A DNA stretch of 8,090 bases from Promethearchaeota archaeon. GTDB lineage: Archaea; Asgardarchaeota; Odinarchaeia; Odinarchaeales; JBHLKK01. The position numbers were made by a program, and so were the translations under genes. The notes under the pieces are model-generated. The model did no database searches. It was not told where the DNA came from and saw nothing but the letters and a program-made list of their open reading frames with translations. The DNA lies in NCBI GenBank assembly GCA_048939465.1, contig JBHLPL010000088.1:1-8090 (forward strand), written 5' to 3'. Of this stretch, positions 6,078-8,090 are shown piece by piece (within the stretch, counting starts at the first letter, position 1; each line of letters starts with the position of its first letter).

Positions 6078-7307
6078 ATGGGAATGTCAATCAAGGCATT
6101 AAACATTTTGTACATAAACCATTATGATAGTTCGGAGGATGCCGCAGCAATAAGTTCTTACAGAATTATCGCTGGTTTAGCATCTATTGGACATAAGGTG
6201 ATAGTCCTCACACATGATCCCTACCCCAACAATGAAACGGAGTTTTCACATGTAGGTCTACGTCTTCCTCGTGCTTTCGAAGGAAGTCGTTTCTTAAAGT
6301 TTCTAAGGTGTACAATATGTTACTTATTCGTTTTTCTTGCAGGTTTGAAATTGAGGAGGAAAGAAAAAATAGATTGCATATTCTCTCAGCACCATAACAT
6401 TCACTTTGCTACATTGACCGCAAGTATCCTGTCTGCCATCTTAAATGTTCCTTATGTGGTAAAGATTCAAAACGGCTTTCCTTCTCGTGTAGGGGGCCTC
6501 TTTTTGAGGACGTATAAGGGCCACTTCATGAAAGCCCTGAACCGTTACGCATTGAAACGAGCGAAGCATATTCTTGCCCTAAGTCCAGAACTAAAAGATC
6601 AATTAATGAAGGTGTTCGGAGTTGTCGATAGCCAACTCTTTGTAATTCCTAATACGGTCGAAACTGTTTCAGTAAAGCAAAAAGAGATTAAGCAGATGAA
6701 GAGACGATTGGGACTACGGGATAACCGAATTCTTATTTTTGTTGGAAGCACGAAACGGAGAGGGGTTGAGGACCTAATTAAAGCTGTGCCCCGCATTGTT
6801 TCTGAAGATCCTGACGCAAGAGCACTTCTCGTCGGTCCTAGTTCTGACTACTACGCCTTAAAGCGACTAGCAGAGTCCTCAGGTGGAGAAGAGTACATAA
6901 GATTCATTGGTCCAATTCGCCACTCTGTTGTCCCTCTGTATATATCCATGTGTGATGTTGCCATCGGTCCCTTGATTTCTTTCTCATATACCACTGGGGC
7001 CGTGCCTCGAAAGGTTTTGGAGTATATGGCCTGTGGCAAGCCAGTTATCGCTTGTCATGGGAGTGTGTCGCAAGATCTGCTTGTTGACAATTATAATGGA
7101 ATATTGGTTAAATCTGGAGACATCAATGAGCTATCGTCAGCTGTGATTCGCTTACTGAAGAATGGAAAATTCGCTAAAAGGATTGGAAGCAATGCTAAAA
7201 AACATGTTTCGAAGTTTTACAGTGATGGGTTCTTGGTGGAAAAATTGATTACGTTGACGAACATGATTTGGGAAGAAAATCTTGTTACCGAGGTGCACAA
7301 AGCATGA
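6078..7307 (+). CDS. Glycosyltransferase family 4 (WbuB/WcaI-like branch)
   Basis: Motifs: LNILYIN, LASIGHKVIV, IPNTV, IFVGS, LLVGP, RFIGPI and P.KVLEYMACGKPVI. The track's GTG 6009 start overlaps the previous gene by 53 nt; ATG 6078 or 6084 (after TAGGA) is more plausible. Confidence 0.9.
   Translation: MGMSIKALNILYINHYDSSEDAAAISSYRIIAGLASIGHKVIVLTHDPYPNNETEFSHVGLRLPRAFEGSRFLKFLRCTICYLFVFLAGLKLRRKEKIDCIFSQHHNIHFATLTASILSAILNVPYVVKIQNGFPSRVGGLFLRTYKGHFMKALNRYALKRAKHILALSPELKDQLMKVFGVVDSQLFVIPNTVETVSVKQKEIKQMKRRLGLRDNRILIFVGSTKRRGVEDLIKAVPRIVSEDPDARALLVGPSSDYYALKRLAESSGGEEYIRFIGPIRHSVVPLYISMCDVAIGPLISFSYTTGAVPRKVLEYMACGKPVIACHGSVSQDLLVDNYNGILVKSGDINELSSAVIRLLKNGKFAKRIGSNAKKHVSKFYSDGFLVEKLITLTNMIWEENLVTEVHKA
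7290..7295 (+). promoter_or_regulatory. Shine-Dalgarno-like site for the 4-TM protein gene
   Basis: GAGGTG located 8 nt upstream of ATG 7304, which overlaps the GT4 stop as ATGA (7304-7307), consistent with translational coupling. Confidence 0.6.
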
Positions 7308-7738
7308 GCAGCGTGGATGTAACATGTGCTTCGAAAGAGAAATCTGGCATAAAGATAACCGTGTCGAGACGTAGAGATCTTGTGTACCTTGCATTGTCTC
7401 TCTTTACGACACTACTAATCTTCATAAATTCGTCGATGTTAGACTCTTTGTTTATAGGCTGCTTCGCTTCTGTTGTTTATATTTTGATCAACGGAAATCT
7501 CTTAGGGCATACATTCTTCGAAGAAAGTGACTTAAAATTGCCTTTAGGAATGCTGTTCCTTGTAGCACTATTGGGTATAGCGGGGTGGCCTTTCGTAATT
7601 TTCGCTAGGCTCACTATCAGAGAGGTGACTATAGCGCTCTGTATCGCCTCGTTTGTCTCATTTGCACTTAAGAAACATGCAGAGATTAGGGTAATGGTTG
7701 CCAAAATGAAGCAGTATTTGGGAAAAATATTGGCGTAG
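7304..7738 (+). CDS. Hypothetical integral membrane protein, 144 aa, about 4 TM helices
   Basis: Four hydrophobic stretches (LVYLALSLFTTLLIFI; LFIGCFASVVYILING; LPLGMLFLVALLGIAGWPFVIFA; VTIALCIASFVSFAL) with basic N- and C-termini. The ATGA overlap and SD support 7304 over the track's 7268. Confidence 0.8.
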   Translation: MSSVDVTCASKEKSGIKITVSRRRDLVYLALSLFTTLLIFINSSMLDSLFIGCFASVVYILINGNLLGHTFFEESDLKLPLGMLFLVALLGIAGWPFVIFARLTIREVTIALCIASFVSFALKKHAEIRVMVAKMKQYLGKILA

Positions 7739-7748
7739 AGGTAAGTCT

Positions 7749-8090
7749 ATGATTGGAAGGGTTCGCTGGGTTCTCCTAACTTCTTTGTTTATCATACTAA
7801 TTGTTCTTTCCTTTAACTTCATGCTTGCCTCAAGGACAAGGGTGGGATACGCCTATGACAATATACATCCATGGTTTATGCCCACTTTTTTGATAACCAT
7901 TCTGGTTCTTGCTGCTATGATAGTGTCGGGAAAGGGAAGCAAAGTCAAAATATCGTCTATTATTGCTGTGTCACTCATCGCTTGTCTATTCTATAGCATA
8001 GTTTATGATGGAGGTCCTGGTTGGGATTCATGGGTACATCTCGGCTTTGAGCGACAAGTGTATGACAACGTCTTTTATGATGCTTATGGC
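7749..8090 (+). CDS. Polytopic membrane protein, N-terminal 114 aa, truncated by the window end; putative GT-C fold glycosyltransferase
   Basis: Not in the ORF track because it has no stop. My translation: MIGRVRWVLLTSLFIILIVLSFNFMLASRTRVGYAYDNIHPWFMPTFLITILVLAAMIVSGKGSKVKISSIIAVSLIACLFYSIVYDGGPGWDSWVHLGFERQVYDNVFYDAYG. It has three TM segments followed by a G-W-D-S-W-V-H loop (nt 8019-8039) and an SD-like GAGGT at 7738-7742. The CDS is well supported; the GT-C call is tentative. Confidence 0.75.
   Translation, partial: MIGRVRWVLLTSLFIILIVLSFNFMLASRTRVGYAYDNIHPWFMPTFLITILVLAAMIVSGKGSKVKISSIIAVSLIACLFYSIVYDGGPGWDSWVHLGFERQVYDNVFYDAYG

Noticed and set aside
7268-7303. Upstream start 7268 for the 4-TM protein
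   Set aside because: ATG 7304 has a GAGGTG SD and an ATGA stop/start overlap.
22-7704. Other short minus-strand ORFs in the track (60-92 aa)
   Set aside because: All overlap well-supported + strand genes and show no domain motifs.
7739-7746. AG|GTAAGT, a perfect spliceosomal 5' splice-site consensus between the two membrane genes
   Set aside because: The sequence is clearly prokaryotic and operonic, and the GAGGT here is better explained as a ribosome-binding site.
1-8090. CRISPR arrays, tRNA/rRNA, IS elements, inteins, tandem repeats
   Set aside because: None seen. Spacers are 120 nt or less, and proteins are near family-typical lengths except the DegT insert, which lacks intein termini (no C/S start with an HN end).

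Overview
All genes lie on the + strand in a tightly packed, operon-like cell-surface glycan biosynthesis/modification cluster. It holds eight complete CDSs, one 3'-truncated CDS missing from the ORF track, and possibly the tail of an upstream gene. Gene order: GT2 polyprenol-phosphate (DPM/DPG-synthase-like) glycosyltransferase, CE4/NodB polysaccharide deacetylase (PEP-CTERM-locus/DUF3473 type), FemAB/FemX-like GNAT protein, atypical DegT-family aminotransferase with an internal insertion, hexapeptide-repeat (LbH) acyltransferase, two GT4 glycosyltransferases, a small 4-TM membrane protein, and the N-terminus of a polytopic membrane protein with a GT-C-like G-x-D-x-W-x-H loop. I see no RNA genes, mobile elements, CRISPR arrays or long repeats. 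The origin is prokaryotic; the two membrane proteins and gene style suggest an archaeon, but that is an impression and the window contains no taxonomic marker. Two hypotheses, both inference, stand out. (1) The gene set parallels the ArnB/C/D/E-F/T lipid-carrier amino-sugar pathway family for family. (2) The deacetylase plus Fem-type enzyme could perform tRNA-dependent aminoacylation of a surface glycan outside peptidoglycan synthesis. All family calls come from motif recognition by eye; no database search was run.
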